From Acidimicrobiales bacterium (GTDB taxonomy: Bacteria > Actinomycetota > Acidimicrobiia > Acidimicrobiales > Bog-793): 64,000 nucleotides of DNA. The position numbers were made by a program, and so were the translations under genes. The first letter of the stretch is position 1. Each line of letters begins with the position of its first letter. The stretch covers positions 32,109-96,108 of the forward strand of contig JBEKBI010000003.1 in NCBI GenBank assembly GCA_050015475.1, in the 5' to 3' direction. The notes beneath the pieces are model-generated. The model did no database searches. It was not told the origin of the DNA and saw only the letters and a list, made by a program, of their open reading frames with translations. Below are positions 1 to 9,478 of this stretch, one piece after another.

Positions 1-981
1 CATTGGAGCCGAGTCGCTGGCGCCGACCGTGTCGGGGGCGAAAACCGGCTCGATCTGGCTCGAGCCGGCGAAGGTGCTCGAGGACAGGCTCGACCAGCGG
101 GGTGACACCGTAGGCACGGGAGCGGTAGAGATCGCCGGGTTGGCCGTCGTGGCAGGGTCGGTGGCGAAGATGCCGGTCATCATGTACACCGTGTCGCCGG
201 TCTGACCGGTCATCGACTCCCCGTTGTCGCCCACCGTGCGACTGGAGTCGAAGACGACCGCCTGTCCGTCGGGCGACCAGTCCGGATGCTCGTCCGACGC
301 GCTTCCCACACCGGTCAAGAGTGACAGGTCGGTGTCGCTCTTGGTGCTGATGTTCCACAGGTGGATATGACCGTCAGTGCCGACGTAGAGGACGAGGTTG
401 CTGTTCACCGGGTTGATCACCGGGCGGTTGGCGTCACCGGTGTTCTCGTTCGGTGCCATGAGGGAAACGGCGGTGTTCTGGAGAACCGGTGTGCTCGTCG
501 CAAAGGGGGCCGGGACGGTGTAAAGGCGGCAGACGCCCGAGTTCGCGCAGCGGATGAAGTCCATTAGGCCGCCGTCTCCCGAAACGGTCGGTGCGTAATC
601 GTCCGATGTGCCTGGATCGGTCAAGGCTGTCGCCCCGTCGCCGTTCGAAGTCACATTGGAGGCGTTCGGATACGGGACGGAGTAGATCGTCCACGGTCCG
701 TTGCGGTCGCTCGCGAAATACAGCGTCGCCCCGGACCCGGAGAAGTACGGCATGGCGTCCGTCGCCCCGGCCGTCTCGGCGGTGTAGGAGGTGCAAGTGT
801 TGTCTGTCGACGCGTCGGAGACGCTCCACACCTGCTGCCCGTTGCCGCAGTCAGCCACGAAAGCCAGAGCACCGTTGGCGCCGCCGAAGCTGGCGGTTGC
901 CGTGCCGGCGCCGACCACCGCCGACAGTGCGCCCACGAGGAGCGTTGCCGCGCCCACGCCGACCACTCGTGCCAGTCTCAC
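1..981 (-). CDS. Secreted TolB-like / PD40 (WD40-like) beta-propeller repeat protein; C-terminal part runs off the window
   Basis: Own reverse-strand translation. GTG at 981-979 gives MRLARVVGVGAATLLVGALSAVVGAGTATA (signal peptide). PD40-type blades follow ('MPYFSGSGATLYFASDRNGPWTIY', 'HPDWSPDGQAVVFDSS'). Frame stays open to base 1. Absent from the supplied ORF track because it is edge-truncated. Confidence 0.75.
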   Translation of the reverse strand, partial: MRLARVVGVGAATLLVGALSAVVGAGTATASFGGANGALAFVADCGNGQQVWSVSDASTDNTCTSYTAETAGATDAMPYFSGSGATLYFASDRNGPWTIYSVPYPNASNVTSNGDGATALTDPGTSDDYAPTVSGDGGLMDFIRCANSGVCRLYTVPAPFATSTPVLQNTAVSLMAPNENTGDANRPVINPVNSNLVLYVGTDGHIHLWNISTKSDTDLSLLTGVGSASDEHPDWSPDGQAVVFDSSRTVGDNGESMTGQTGDTVYMMTGIFATDPATTANPAISTAPVPTVSPRWSSLSSSTFAGSSQIEPVFAPDTVGASDSAPM

Positions 982-1499
982 AGTTCCCCCTGCGACCCTT
1001 CGGCGCACCCCTACAACCCTCTGATGCGGCAGAGAGTCTGACAAATAGAGGTGAACTGAGGCTTAACGGCCCAAGAAATGCTGGCAACCCCAGGATGAAC
1101 TTCCGTAAACGCACCCAAGCGCCCGGCAGCCGCCGGGACGATCGTCTTGGCAAGGAGACTCTCGAATGCCGAGGTGATGGACCCGATTTTCCGGTGCGGT
1201 CGATGACGACCCTGAGGCGCCGTCCTTGTCAACCGAGATACCGCTGGCCTCGTCAGTCGGTGAACATCCGCCCCGAGCAAGGTGGCCTAGGACTTCCGGG
1301 TCGAGGTGTCGACTTGAGAGAAGACCACGGGCGCCCGGCAGGGTATCCCCGTCAGGCGTCATGAACACAGGTGTTCGCATCGTGCGGTCTGTTTGGAATG
1401 ACGCGAGAACCGCAGGAAAATCCCGCCGGGGCCTTGCGGTTTGAAACGCCGGTGCCCGGCGACGCGAGACTTCGCCCCCCAGGGCGTGAGTCCGCTTGG

Positions 1500-2801
1500 C
1501 TACCGGTAGCTCTCGTGGAAGCGCTTCTCGAACTCCTCGATCAGCTCCGCCTGGAAGTCCGGATGAGCGATCCCGATGAGCTGCCTGGCGCGCTCACGAA
1601 GCGTCTTGCCCTTGAGCTGGGCGATGCCGCACTCGGTGACGACGTAGTTCACGTCGCAACGACCAGTCGTCACGGCTGCACCCTCGTCGATGAAGGCCAC
1701 GATCTTCGACGTCTGTCCCTTGGCGGCTGTGGAAGGCATGGCGATGATCGCCTTGCCGCCGCGGCTCATGTTCGCGCCGCGGACGAAGTCCACCTGGCCG
1801 CCCACACCGCTGATCTGCCGGAGGCCCACAGAGGTCGACACGACTTGCCCGAACAGGTCCACCTGCACGCAGGAGTTGATCGAGATCAGGTTGTCGTTCT
1901 GGGCGATGACGGCCGGGTTGTTCACGAAGTCGACCGGCGCCATCTCCACTGAGGGGTTGTTGTCGACGTAGTCGTAGAGCCGCTGCGTGCCCATGAGGAA
2001 CGCCACGACGCTCCTGCCGGGATGAAAATTCTTGCGACGGTTCGTGATCACGCCGGCCTCCATGAGGGAGACCGCGCCGTCAGAGAACATCTCCGAGTGG
2101 ATGCCGAGGTCCTTCTTCTTGTCGAGGAACAGCAGCACTGCGTCAGGAATGGCCCCGATTCCCAACTGGAGCGTGTCGCCGTCGTTGACCAACGAGGCGC
2201 AGTTCTCGCCGATGGCGCTCTCAACGTCACCGATCTTCGGGGGCTTGAGTTCGATCACGGGCTGGCTCACCTCGACGATCGCGTCGATCTCGCTCACGTG
2301 GATGAAGCTGTTGCCGAGCGTGCGGGGCATCTTGTCGTTCACCTGGGCGATGACCGTCTTCGCACACTCAACCGCGGGCTTGGTGTAGTCCACCGACACG
2401 CCGTAGCTGCAGTACCCGTGTTCGTCGGGCATCGAGAGATGTACGAGGGCCACGTCGACGGGGAGCGAGGTGCGGAACATGTCCGGGATCTCCGAGAAGT
2501 AACACGGTGTGAAGTCACCCCGGCCTTCCTCGACGGCGGCGCGCGTGCTCGGCCCGAGGAAGAGCCCATTGTGCCGGAAGTGCTTCTCCATACCCGGCTG
2601 GCAGTACTCCGACTTGCCCATTGACACCATGTGGACGATCTCGACGTTCTCGTACTGAGCGGCGTTGTCGCACATGGCCTGGAGCAGTATCGACGGCTCC
2701 CCTACCGCGTGGCCGCAGACCACCCGGTCCCCCGACTTGATCCGCCGCACAGCCTCCTCGGCCGTGGTCACCCTGCTCCGATAATCAGCCTTCCAGTCCA
2801 T
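1500..2801 (-). CDS. abfT: 4-hydroxybutyrate CoA-transferase (acetyl-CoA hydrolase/transferase family)
   Basis: 433 aa. N-terminus MDWKADYRSRVTTAEEAVRRIKSGDRVV, plus 'LQLGIGAIPDAV' and 'GVGGQVDFVRGANMSRGGKAIIAMPST' blocks typical of Cat2/AbfT-type CoA-transferases. Same operon as abfD. Confidence 0.85.
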   Translation of the reverse strand: MDWKADYRSRVTTAEEAVRRIKSGDRVVCGHAVGEPSILLQAMCDNAAQYENVEIVHMVSMGKSEYCQPGMEKHFRHNGLFLGPSTRAAVEEGRGDFTPCYFSEIPDMFRTSLPVDVALVHLSMPDEHGYCSYGVSVDYTKPAVECAKTVIAQVNDKMPRTLGNSFIHVSEIDAIVEVSQPVIELKPPKIGDVESAIGENCASLVNDGDTLQLGIGAIPDAVLLFLDKKKDLGIHSEMFSDGAVSLMEAGVITNRRKNFHPGRSVVAFLMGTQRLYDYVDNNPSVEMAPVDFVNNPAVIAQNDNLISINSCVQVDLFGQVVSTSVGLRQISGVGGQVDFVRGANMSRGGKAIIAMPSTAAKGQTSKIVAFIDEGAAVTTGRCDVNYVVTECGIAQLKGKTLRERARQLIGIAHPDFQAELIEEFEKRFHESYR

Positions 2802-3078
2802 CCGCCTCTTCCTCCATCGCCGAAAACGACAAGAGCAGGCGGCGAAGCTCCTCGTAGTCCGCTTCCTGCCTTATCACTATCTTCCCAAGTTTCCCCTGCA
2901 GATGCGCGTGTGAGGCACATCCCACCGGACACCCGCAGACCACGGCCACAACATCCACGTCCGGGTCGTCGCCGCGCACGACTTCCACGTCCGGGAACTG
3001 ATCGCGGAGCATCTTCGCGATCACCAAACGGTCGTAATGCGGGTTGCACCCTCCGCAGTACTTGACGCCGACTCGCAC
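2785..3078 (-). CDS. Small Cys-rich protein (CGGC ... CGCPVGC), putative metal/Fe-S binding, function unknown
   Basis: 97 aa, MRVGVKYCGGCNPHYDR...VVCGCPVGCASH. Five Cys in two clusters. Its 3' end overlaps the abfT start by 17 nt. Lies between the NifU-like gene and abfT. Confidence 0.6.
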   Translation of the reverse strand: MRVGVKYCGGCNPHYDRLVIAKMLRDQFPDVEVVRGDDPDVDVVAVVCGCPVGCASHAHLQGKLGKIVIRQEADYEELRRLLLSFSAMEEEADGLEG

Positions 3079-3081
3079 GCC

Positions 3082-3384
3082 CTACCGGAGCGCCATCAAC
3101 TTGCGTGCCTCCGCGAGCAGATCGTCGCTCACTCCGTCAATCAGCACGACCTTTTCGATCTCCGGAAGCGCTTCTTTGATCTCCTCTTCGACGAAGGACT
3201 CCACGGTCAGATCCGCAGTCGGACAGCCGGAACAGCTCCCCGTCATCCTTATGCGAAGGACACCACCCTCGACCGAAACGACCGACACGTCGCCGAGATG
3301 CAGGAAGAGAGACGGGCGGACCTTCTCGTCGAGCACCCGCTCGACCCTGTCGATCAGCTCGTCTCCCATCTCTGCGTCTCCCAT
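3082..3384 (-). CDS. NifU-like (Nfu-type) Fe-S cluster scaffold/carrier domain protein
   Basis: 100 aa. 'VRPSLFLHLGDVSVVSVEGGVLRIRMTGSCSGCPTADLT' matches the NifU C-terminal domain with its CxxC motif. Start could be either Met of MGDAEMGDE. Confidence 0.8.
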   Translation of the reverse strand: MGDAEMGDELIDRVERVLDEKVRPSLFLHLGDVSVVSVEGGVLRIRMTGSCSGCPTADLTVESFVEEEIKEALPEIEKVVLIDGVSDDLLAEARKLMALR

Positions 3385-3397
3385 TTGAAAAGGTCGC

Positions 3398-4849
3398 CTA
3401 CTTGCCCACGTGGGCGATCTTCTTCGCCAACTCCTTCTTCATCGCCAAGTTGCCTTGGCGGGCGATCATCACGCGCTGGGCCTGTGGCGAGCCTGCACCG
3501 TGCATCGACTCCGTCCTGTACCCGACAGCCGCCGTCCCGAGGCTCAGATTCTCGATCAGCCGGAGAATCCGAAAGCGGTCCTCGGTGGACACGCTGGCAT
3601 TGCCCTTGAAGTACTTGTCGACGTACGGCCCGAGCTTCGAGTCCCGGAAGTCCTTCTCCGACGGGGCCGTGACCATGAGGCCACCTGCGATGTCCTCAGC
3701 CAGGCGCACGATCTCGTACGGGAACCGAGTCACGTTCTGCTTGCAGACGTTGGCGAGCAACAGGTCGATCAGGTAGTTGCCCGACGCGGTCGGACTGCCC
3801 TCGGCCGAGCAAGCGATACCACAGCAGAACAGAGTCTCGTTGAGATGCGTCATCTCGATGAGCTTGTCCTTGATGTGGGAGGCCTTCGGAACGCCGTTGT
3901 AGTCGGCCGCGACCGCCGCCGCGCCTATGAGCACGTCGCCCACTCCGACCTTGCAGCCGCCGTAGCTTTGGCGGTGGTAGCCGGCGAAGCGCTCGACGAG
4001 CATGCCGGCGAACTCGGTCTCGCCGTTGAGGAAGATGCGCTCGTTGGGCACGAACACGTCCTCGAACACCACGAGTGCCTCCACACCACCGAACTCCGCG
4101 TTGCCGACGTCGAGCTCGCTGTGCTCGAGCTTGCGGGTGTCGCACGACTGGCGCCCGATGACCATGAAGATGCCCTCGGCGTCCATCGGCACGGCGAAGG
4201 CGACGGCGTAGTCCTTGTCCTCCGGGCTCATGGCGATGGTCGGCATCACGATTACTTCGTGCGAGTTGAGCGCACCGGTCTGGTGGGCCTTGGCTCCCCG
4301 CACGACGATTCCGTCGGGACGGCGCTCCACAACGTGCAGGAACAGGTCAGGGTCGGCCTGCTCGTGCGGCGCAAGTGAGCGATCGCCCTTGGGGTCGGTC
4401 ATGGCCCCATCGACCGTGAGGTCGTGCTCCTGCACATAGAACATGAACTTCTTGAAGTTTTCGAAGTATGTGGTACCGCACTTCTCGTCGATCTCATAAG
4501 TCGTCGAGTACACGGCGTTGAAGGCGTCCATGCCCACGCAGCGCTGGAAGCACGAGGCGGTCTGTTGCCCCAAAAGGCGCTGCATCTTGACCTTCTTGAC
4601 GAGGTCGCCGGTGTTGCGGTGAATGTGCGTGAACCTGTTGATGCGCTGGCCCGTCTCAGGAGCGATCGCGGTCATCAGGTCCTCGTGCTCCGGCTGTTGC
4701 GCCAGGTCGTAGGTCATCCGAACTGAGTTCAGAGAAGGCCTCAGGATCGGGTCGTCGACCGGATCGCTGATCTCCTCGCCGAACATGTACACCCGCATCT
4801 TCATCTTGCGAATGCTTTCGATGTACTCCTGCCCGGTCATGAGTGGCAT
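3398..4849 (-). CDS. abfD: 4-hydroxybutyryl-CoA dehydratase / vinylacetyl-CoA delta-isomerase
   Basis: 483 aa, colinear and highly similar as recalled to Clostridium aminobutyricum AbfD (MTGQEYIESIRK..., 'KMQRLLGQQTASCFQRCVGMDAFNAV', 'ERFAGYHRQSYGGCKVGVGDV', 'GYRTESMHGAGSPQAQRVMIARQGN'). The C-x3-C and H-x6-C cluster-ligand motifs are present. Confidence 0.93.
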   Translation of the reverse strand: MPLMTGQEYIESIRKMKMRVYMFGEEISDPVDDPILRPSLNSVRMTYDLAQQPEHEDLMTAIAPETGQRINRFTHIHRNTGDLVKKVKMQRLLGQQTASCFQRCVGMDAFNAVYSTTYEIDEKCGTTYFENFKKFMFYVQEHDLTVDGAMTDPKGDRSLAPHEQADPDLFLHVVERRPDGIVVRGAKAHQTGALNSHEVIVMPTIAMSPEDKDYAVAFAVPMDAEGIFMVIGRQSCDTRKLEHSELDVGNAEFGGVEALVVFEDVFVPNERIFLNGETEFAGMLVERFAGYHRQSYGGCKVGVGDVLIGAAAVAADYNGVPKASHIKDKLIEMTHLNETLFCCGIACSAEGSPTASGNYLIDLLLANVCKQNVTRFPYEIVRLAEDIAGGLMVTAPSEKDFRDSKLGPYVDKYFKGNASVSTEDRFRILRLIENLSLGTAAVGYRTESMHGAGSPQAQRVMIARQGNLAMKKELAKKIAHVGK

Positions 4850-4863
4850 CTGTCGTCCTCCTC

Positions 4864-5979
4864 CTACTCAGACTCGTCGAAAACGATGACCTGACGCATC
4901 GCCGTTCCCGACTCGAGGGCATCCATGGCCTCGTTTATGTCTTCAAGCTTGATCGTAGAGGAGATCAGGTCCTGAACCGGCAGCCTGCCTTCCCTCCACA
5001 TCTCGACGTAGGTGGGGATGTCGCGGGACGGAACTGCGGAGCCGAGATAGCTCCCCATCAAGGTGCGCGCCTCGGCGGTGAGAAGCGCGGGCGAGATCTC
5101 CGAGCGAGCGTCAGGGTGCGGCAGCCCGACTGTGATCGTCAGCCCACCGGGACAAGCCAGCGCCACGGCCGCCTCGAACGCCTTCACGTGCCCGGCCGCC
5201 TCGATGACGATCGGAGCCTTGACCTTGGCCTCCAGTGCCTGGTCAACCGTGTAGACCTCGTGGGCACCCATCTTCTTGGCGAGCGGCAGCTTCGACTCGA
5301 GGGCGTCGACACCGATGACCTTGCCCTTGCCCAGTGCCACGGCCGTCAACACGGCGGCCATGCCCACGCCGCCGAGTCCGATGACGATCACGTCCTGGCC
5401 GTCCTCCGGATGGCCGGCGTTTATGACCGCGCCGCCCCCGGTGAGCACTGCGCATCCCATCACTGCCGCGACTTCCACGGGCACGTCGAGGGCCACAGGC
5501 ACCACGGACAGACGGTTCACGACTGCGTAAGTGGCGAAACCCGAAACGCCGAGGTGGTGCTTGATCTCCTTGCCGTCACGGTGCAGGCGCATGCCGCCCC
5601 CGAGCAGCGTCCCGGCGCCATTGGAAGCTGAGCCGACAGAGCAGGGCAGCTTCCCGTCCGTGAGACACCCAGGGCACTTACCGCACCTGGGCAGGAAGGT
5701 CATGATGACCCGGTCGCCCACCTTCAAGTCGTCCACGCCGTCGCCGAGCTCGACGACCGTGCCGGCCGACTCGTGTCCGAGAAGCATCGGAACCGGTCGG
5801 GGACGGTTTCCGTTGACGACGGACAAGTCCGAGTGGCACAGGCCGGCGGCGTTTATCTTCACCAGGATTTCGCCGGGACCCGGCGGGTCGAGCTCGAGCT
5901 CGCTGATCGTGATGGGCCGGCTCTGGGCGTAGGGCGCCTTCCGCCCGATCTCCTCGAGCACTGCTCCCTTGATCTTCAT
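4864..5979 (-). CDS. Zn-dependent alcohol dehydrogenase (MDR family)
   Basis: 371 aa. Shows 'GLCHSDL', 'LLGHESAGTVVELGDGV', the structural-Zn motif 'CGKCPGCLTDGKLPC' and a Rossmann 'VIVIGLGGVG'. Confidence 0.88.
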   Translation of the reverse strand: MKIKGAVLEEIGRKAPYAQSRPITISELELDPPGPGEILVKINAAGLCHSDLSVVNGNRPRPVPMLLGHESAGTVVELGDGVDDLKVGDRVIMTFLPRCGKCPGCLTDGKLPCSVGSASNGAGTLLGGGMRLHRDGKEIKHHLGVSGFATYAVVNRLSVVPVALDVPVEVAAVMGCAVLTGGGAVINAGHPEDGQDVIVIGLGGVGMAAVLTAVALGKGKVIGVDALESKLPLAKKMGAHEVYTVDQALEAKVKAPIVIEAAGHVKAFEAAVALACPGGLTITVGLPHPDARSEISPALLTAEARTLMGSYLGSAVPSRDIPTYVEMWREGRLPVQDLISSTIKLEDINEAMDALESGTAMRQVIVFDESE

Positions 5980-6258
5980 GGGTGTCTACCCCTCTCATTC
6001 TTCGAGGTCGCCGTTGACCCCGACTAAACGCGTCGCGCCCTCGAACGGCCTGCAAGAGAGCAACTCACGTCCCTTTCCACCACTCCATGCTACTGACCAG
6101 CACCCTTGGCACGCATTTCCTGCTCAGAGGGTCAATTGACGCGACCCACCTCTGAAACGGGTGGACACGCGGGTGCTCGCCGCACAAATTGGGACGGAAA
6201 AGACCCTTGTTCCCACGTCGGCCACCGATTGGCTGTACCGGCAGGCAGACCGTTGGGT

Positions 6259-7113
6259 CTAGGCGTAGGTGAAAAAGCCCCGCCCTGACTTCCTGCCCAA
6301 CCAGCCCGCTCGCACGTACTTGCGCAACAGCGGGCATGGGCGGTACTTCGGGTCTCCGAAGCCCTCGTAGAGAACTCCCATGATGGCCAGGCACGTGTCC
6401 AGCCCGATCATGTCGGCGAGAGCGAGCGGGCCCATGGGATGGTTCGCGCCGAGCTTCATGACCTCGTCGACGCCTTCCGGGGTGGCCACGCCCTCGTAGA
6501 CGCAGTAGATCGCCTCGTTGATCATCGGGATCAGCACGCGGTTGACGACGAAACCCGGGTAGTCATTGACCTCCACGGGGGTCTTGCCGAGCCGGACCGC
6601 GAGTTCGCCCACGGCCTTGTATGTCTCGTCCTCGGTCTGCAGGCCACGGATGACCTCCACGAGCTTCATGACCGGTACCGGGTTCATGAAGTGCATCCCG
6701 ATCACCTTCTCGGGACGCTTGGTGACCGCCGCGATCTCCGTGATCGGCAACGAGGAGGTGTTCGACGCGAGGAGCGCGCCAACCGGCGCGACCCTGTCGA
6801 GCTCCTGGAAGATCTCGGTCTTGATGTCCATGCGCTCGACAGCCACCTCGATCGCGAGGTCGACGTCCGCGGCGTCGGCGAGCGACGTGGACAATGCGAT
6901 CCGCTTCAGCACGGCCGACTTCTCGTCCTCGGTCAGGCGACCCTTGGCGATGCCCCGGTCAAGGTCCTTGGTGATCAGGCCCAGCCCGCGCTCGGCCAAC
7001 TCCGAGGTGATGTCATTCAGCACGACACTTAGCCCGGCCTGGGCCGCGACTTCGGCGATGCCGCTGCCCATCTGCCCGGCGCCTACGACAATTACCTTCT
7101 CAATGCTCTTCAT
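6259..7113 (-). CDS. hbd: 3-hydroxybutyryl-CoA dehydrogenase
   Basis: 284 aa. '[15 protein letters not shown]' NAD-binding fold, '[11 protein letters not shown]', '[17 protein letters not shown]', '[15 protein letters not shown]'. Confidence 0.92.
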   Translation of the reverse strand: MKSIEKVIVVGAGQMGSGIAEVAAQAGLSVVLNDITSELAERGLGLITKDLDRGIAKGRLTEDEKSAVLKRIALSTSLADAADVDLAIEVAVERMDIKTEIFQELDRVAPVGALLASNTSSLPITEIAAVTKRPEKVIGMHFMNPVPVMKLVEVIRGLQTEDETYKAVGELAVRLGKTPVEVNDYPGFVVNRVLIPMINEAIYCVYEGVATPEGVDEVMKLGANHPMGPLALADMIGLDTCLAIMGVLYEGFGDPKYRPCPLLRKYVRAGWLGRKSGRGFFTYA

Positions 7114-7143
7114 CGACGGCCAACTCTCCCAGGTGTTCTCGAC

Positions 7144-8325
7144 TCAACGCTCAACTATGACGGCTACGCCTTCACCGCCGCCAATGCACAGCGCGGCAAG
7201 GCCGTAGTGGCTGTCACGCTTCACCATCTCGTGAACCAGGGTCACGAGAATCCTCGCCCCCGAAGCGCCAATCGGATGCCCGAGGGCAATGGCGCCACCG
7301 TTGACATTTACCTTGGATTCGTCGAGACCGAGCTCCTGCCTGGCGTAGTAGGCCTGCGACGCGAACGCCTCGTTGAGCTCCACGAGGTCCAAGTCGGAGG
7401 CCTTGAGGCCGGCCCGCTCGAGCGCCTTGCGCGCCGCAGGGACGGGCCCGATCCCCATCACCTCCGGGTCGACGCCGGCGGCGGCGTAGCTGACGATCCT
7501 GGCCAACGGCTTCACGCCGAGCGCGGACGCCTTCTCGGCGCTCAACACGACGAAGGCGGCCGCCCCGTCGTTGATCCCCGACGCGTTGCCGGCGGTGACG
7601 GTCCCATCCTTCTTGAAAACCGAAGGAAGCTTGGCAAGCACCTCGGTGGTGGTGTCCGGGCGCGGTCCTTCGTCGGTGTCGAAGATGATGGGATCGCCCT
7701 TTCGCTGCGGGATCTTCACTGCCAGGATCTCGTCGACGAACCGACCCGCGGCGATGGCGGCACCGGCCCTGTGCTGGCTTTCCGCCGCAAAGGCGTCCTG
7801 GAGCTCCCGGGAGACGTGGTAGCGCTCGGCGACGTTCTCGGCCGTGATACCCATGTGCACGTCACACAAGGCGCACCAGAGGCCGTCGTGGATCATGCTG
7901 TCGACGACGGTCTTGTCGCCCATCCTGTAGCCACCGCGCGCCTCTTGGAGAAGGTACGGCGCATTCGTCATGCTCTCCATGCCGCCGGCAACCAGTGCCT
8001 CCGCGTCCCCCGCGCGCACCGCCTGAGCGGCGAGCATCACGGCCTTCAGGCCCGAGCCGCAGACCTTGTTGATGGTCATGGCCGGCACCGTCTCAGGAAT
8101 GCCCGCATTCATGGAGGCCTTCCTCGCCGGGTTCTGGCCGAGGCCTGCCTGGAGGGTGTTGCCCATGATGACTTCCTCGACCGCCCCTGGCTCGACGCCA
8201 GCCCTGGCAAGCGCCTCTCGGATCACCAGAGAGCCCATCTCGGGAGCCGACAGCGGCGAGAGCGAACCGTTGAACTTGCCGATCGGCAGCCGGACGGCAC
8301 CCGCGATAACTGCGTCTTTACTCAT
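7144..8325 (-). CDS. Acetyl-CoA acetyltransferase (thiolase II)
   Basis: 393 aa. '[12 protein letters not shown]' (active-site Cys), '[20 protein letters not shown]', '[15 protein letters not shown]'. Confidence 0.93.
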   Translation of the reverse strand: MSKDAVIAGAVRLPIGKFNGSLSPLSAPEMGSLVIREALARAGVEPGAVEEVIMGNTLQAGLGQNPARKASMNAGIPETVPAMTINKVCGSGLKAVMLAAQAVRAGDAEALVAGGMESMTNAPYLLQEARGGYRMGDKTVVDSMIHDGLWCALCDVHMGITAENVAERYHVSRELQDAFAAESQHRAGAAIAAGRFVDEILAVKIPQRKGDPIIFDTDEGPRPDTTTEVLAKLPSVFKKDGTVTAGNASGINDGAAAFVVLSAEKASALGVKPLARIVSYAAAGVDPEVMGIGPVPAARKALERAGLKASDLDLVELNEAFASQAYYARQELGLDESKVNVNGGAIALGHPIGASGARILVTLVHEMVKRDSHYGLAALCIGGGEGVAVIVER

Positions 8326-8547
8326 GCACTTTCCCTCTCAACTCAAGGTGAAATGGCTCCACGCTGAGCCACCTGCATTGGGCACCAACAATACTGAAAC
8401 TCGGCGCGAAACCCCCCATTGGGAGAGGGACGGCGGATCGGCCCCAGTCGCGGGTGCCCGCGGACCGTCCTAGAGCCAGGCACGCTGATTGTCGGGACGA
8501 ACTGGCCTCACCAGTGCGCTTGGCTGCGCCTCGCCGAAGGCCGCTGC

Positions 8548-9330
8548 CTAGCTGCCGGAGTATTCCGCCTTCCGCTTTTCGAGAAAGGCCCTCATCCCGG
8601 CCTTTTGGTCGCTGGTCGCGAAGCACAAGCCGAACAGGGCTGCCTCCAGGGCAAGCCCCTTGTCCTGATCGAGCTCGCCGCCGTCGTAGACGGCCTGCTT
8701 CACCATGCGCAGCGCCTGGGGAGCGAGCGCCGCCAGCTCCTCGGCCACTCCCCGACCGCGCCGGTCGAGCAGGTCGGCCGGAACGACCTCGGTGACGAGC
8801 CCTATCCGGTACGCCTCGGCGGCATCAATCAACTGCCCCGAGAGCAGGAGCCAGAGCGCCCTTCCCTGGCCGATGAGCCGAGGCAACCGTTGCGTCCCGC
8901 CGAAGCCCGGGATCACCCCGAGGGTCACCTCGGGCTGGCCGAACTTGGTCCCTTCGGCGCAGATCCGTAGGTCGCAGGCCATCGCCAGCTCCATGCCCCC
9001 GCCCAGGGCGAAGCCCTGCACGAGCGCGATCGTCGGCTGTGGCAGCCGCTCGAGCCGCCTGAACACGAATTGCCCGGTCTCAGAGAACCTCTGGGCCTCG
9101 AGCTCCGACATGTGCTCCATGGAGGCGATGTCCGCACCCGCAGCGAAGGCCCTGCCCTCTGCGCGCAACACGACCGCGCGAAGGTCGCTGCGTTCCGCGA
9201 TCTCGGCGACCGCCTCCCCGAGTTGGACGAGCACCGTCTCGTTCAAAGTGTTCAGCTGGCGCTCTCCCCTCATGGTGATGACGGCGACCGACCCCTCCGC
9301 CTCCCATTCCACGAACCGCTCCGCTTCCAT
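8548..9330 (-). CDS. Enoyl-CoA hydratase (crotonase family)
   Basis: 260 aa. 'RAFAAGADI', 'IALVQGFALGGGMELAMACDLRI', 'FGQPEVTLGVIPGFGGTQRL'. Confidence 0.9.
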   Translation of the reverse strand: MEAERFVEWEAEGSVAVITMRGERQLNTLNETVLVQLGEAVAEIAERSDLRAVVLRAEGRAFAAGADIASMEHMSELEAQRFSETGQFVFRRLERLPQPTIALVQGFALGGGMELAMACDLRICAEGTKFGQPEVTLGVIPGFGGTQRLPRLIGQGRALWLLLSGQLIDAAEAYRIGLVTEVVPADLLDRRGRGVAEELAALAPQALRMVKQAVYDGGELDQDKGLALEAALFGLCFATSDQKAGMRAFLEKRKAEYSGS

Positions 9331-9478
9331 CGCTCATGCCTCCTAATGTCGGCTGCTCGAAAGCCAACCCAGATCGACCAGTGCCTCGTGTCCAGCAACC
9401 TCGGGGCTCTCCCGACGCCTGCACGCCCGGGACAGGGCACATTCTCCATCATCCCGGTCCGTGTCCCCGAATCTCCGA

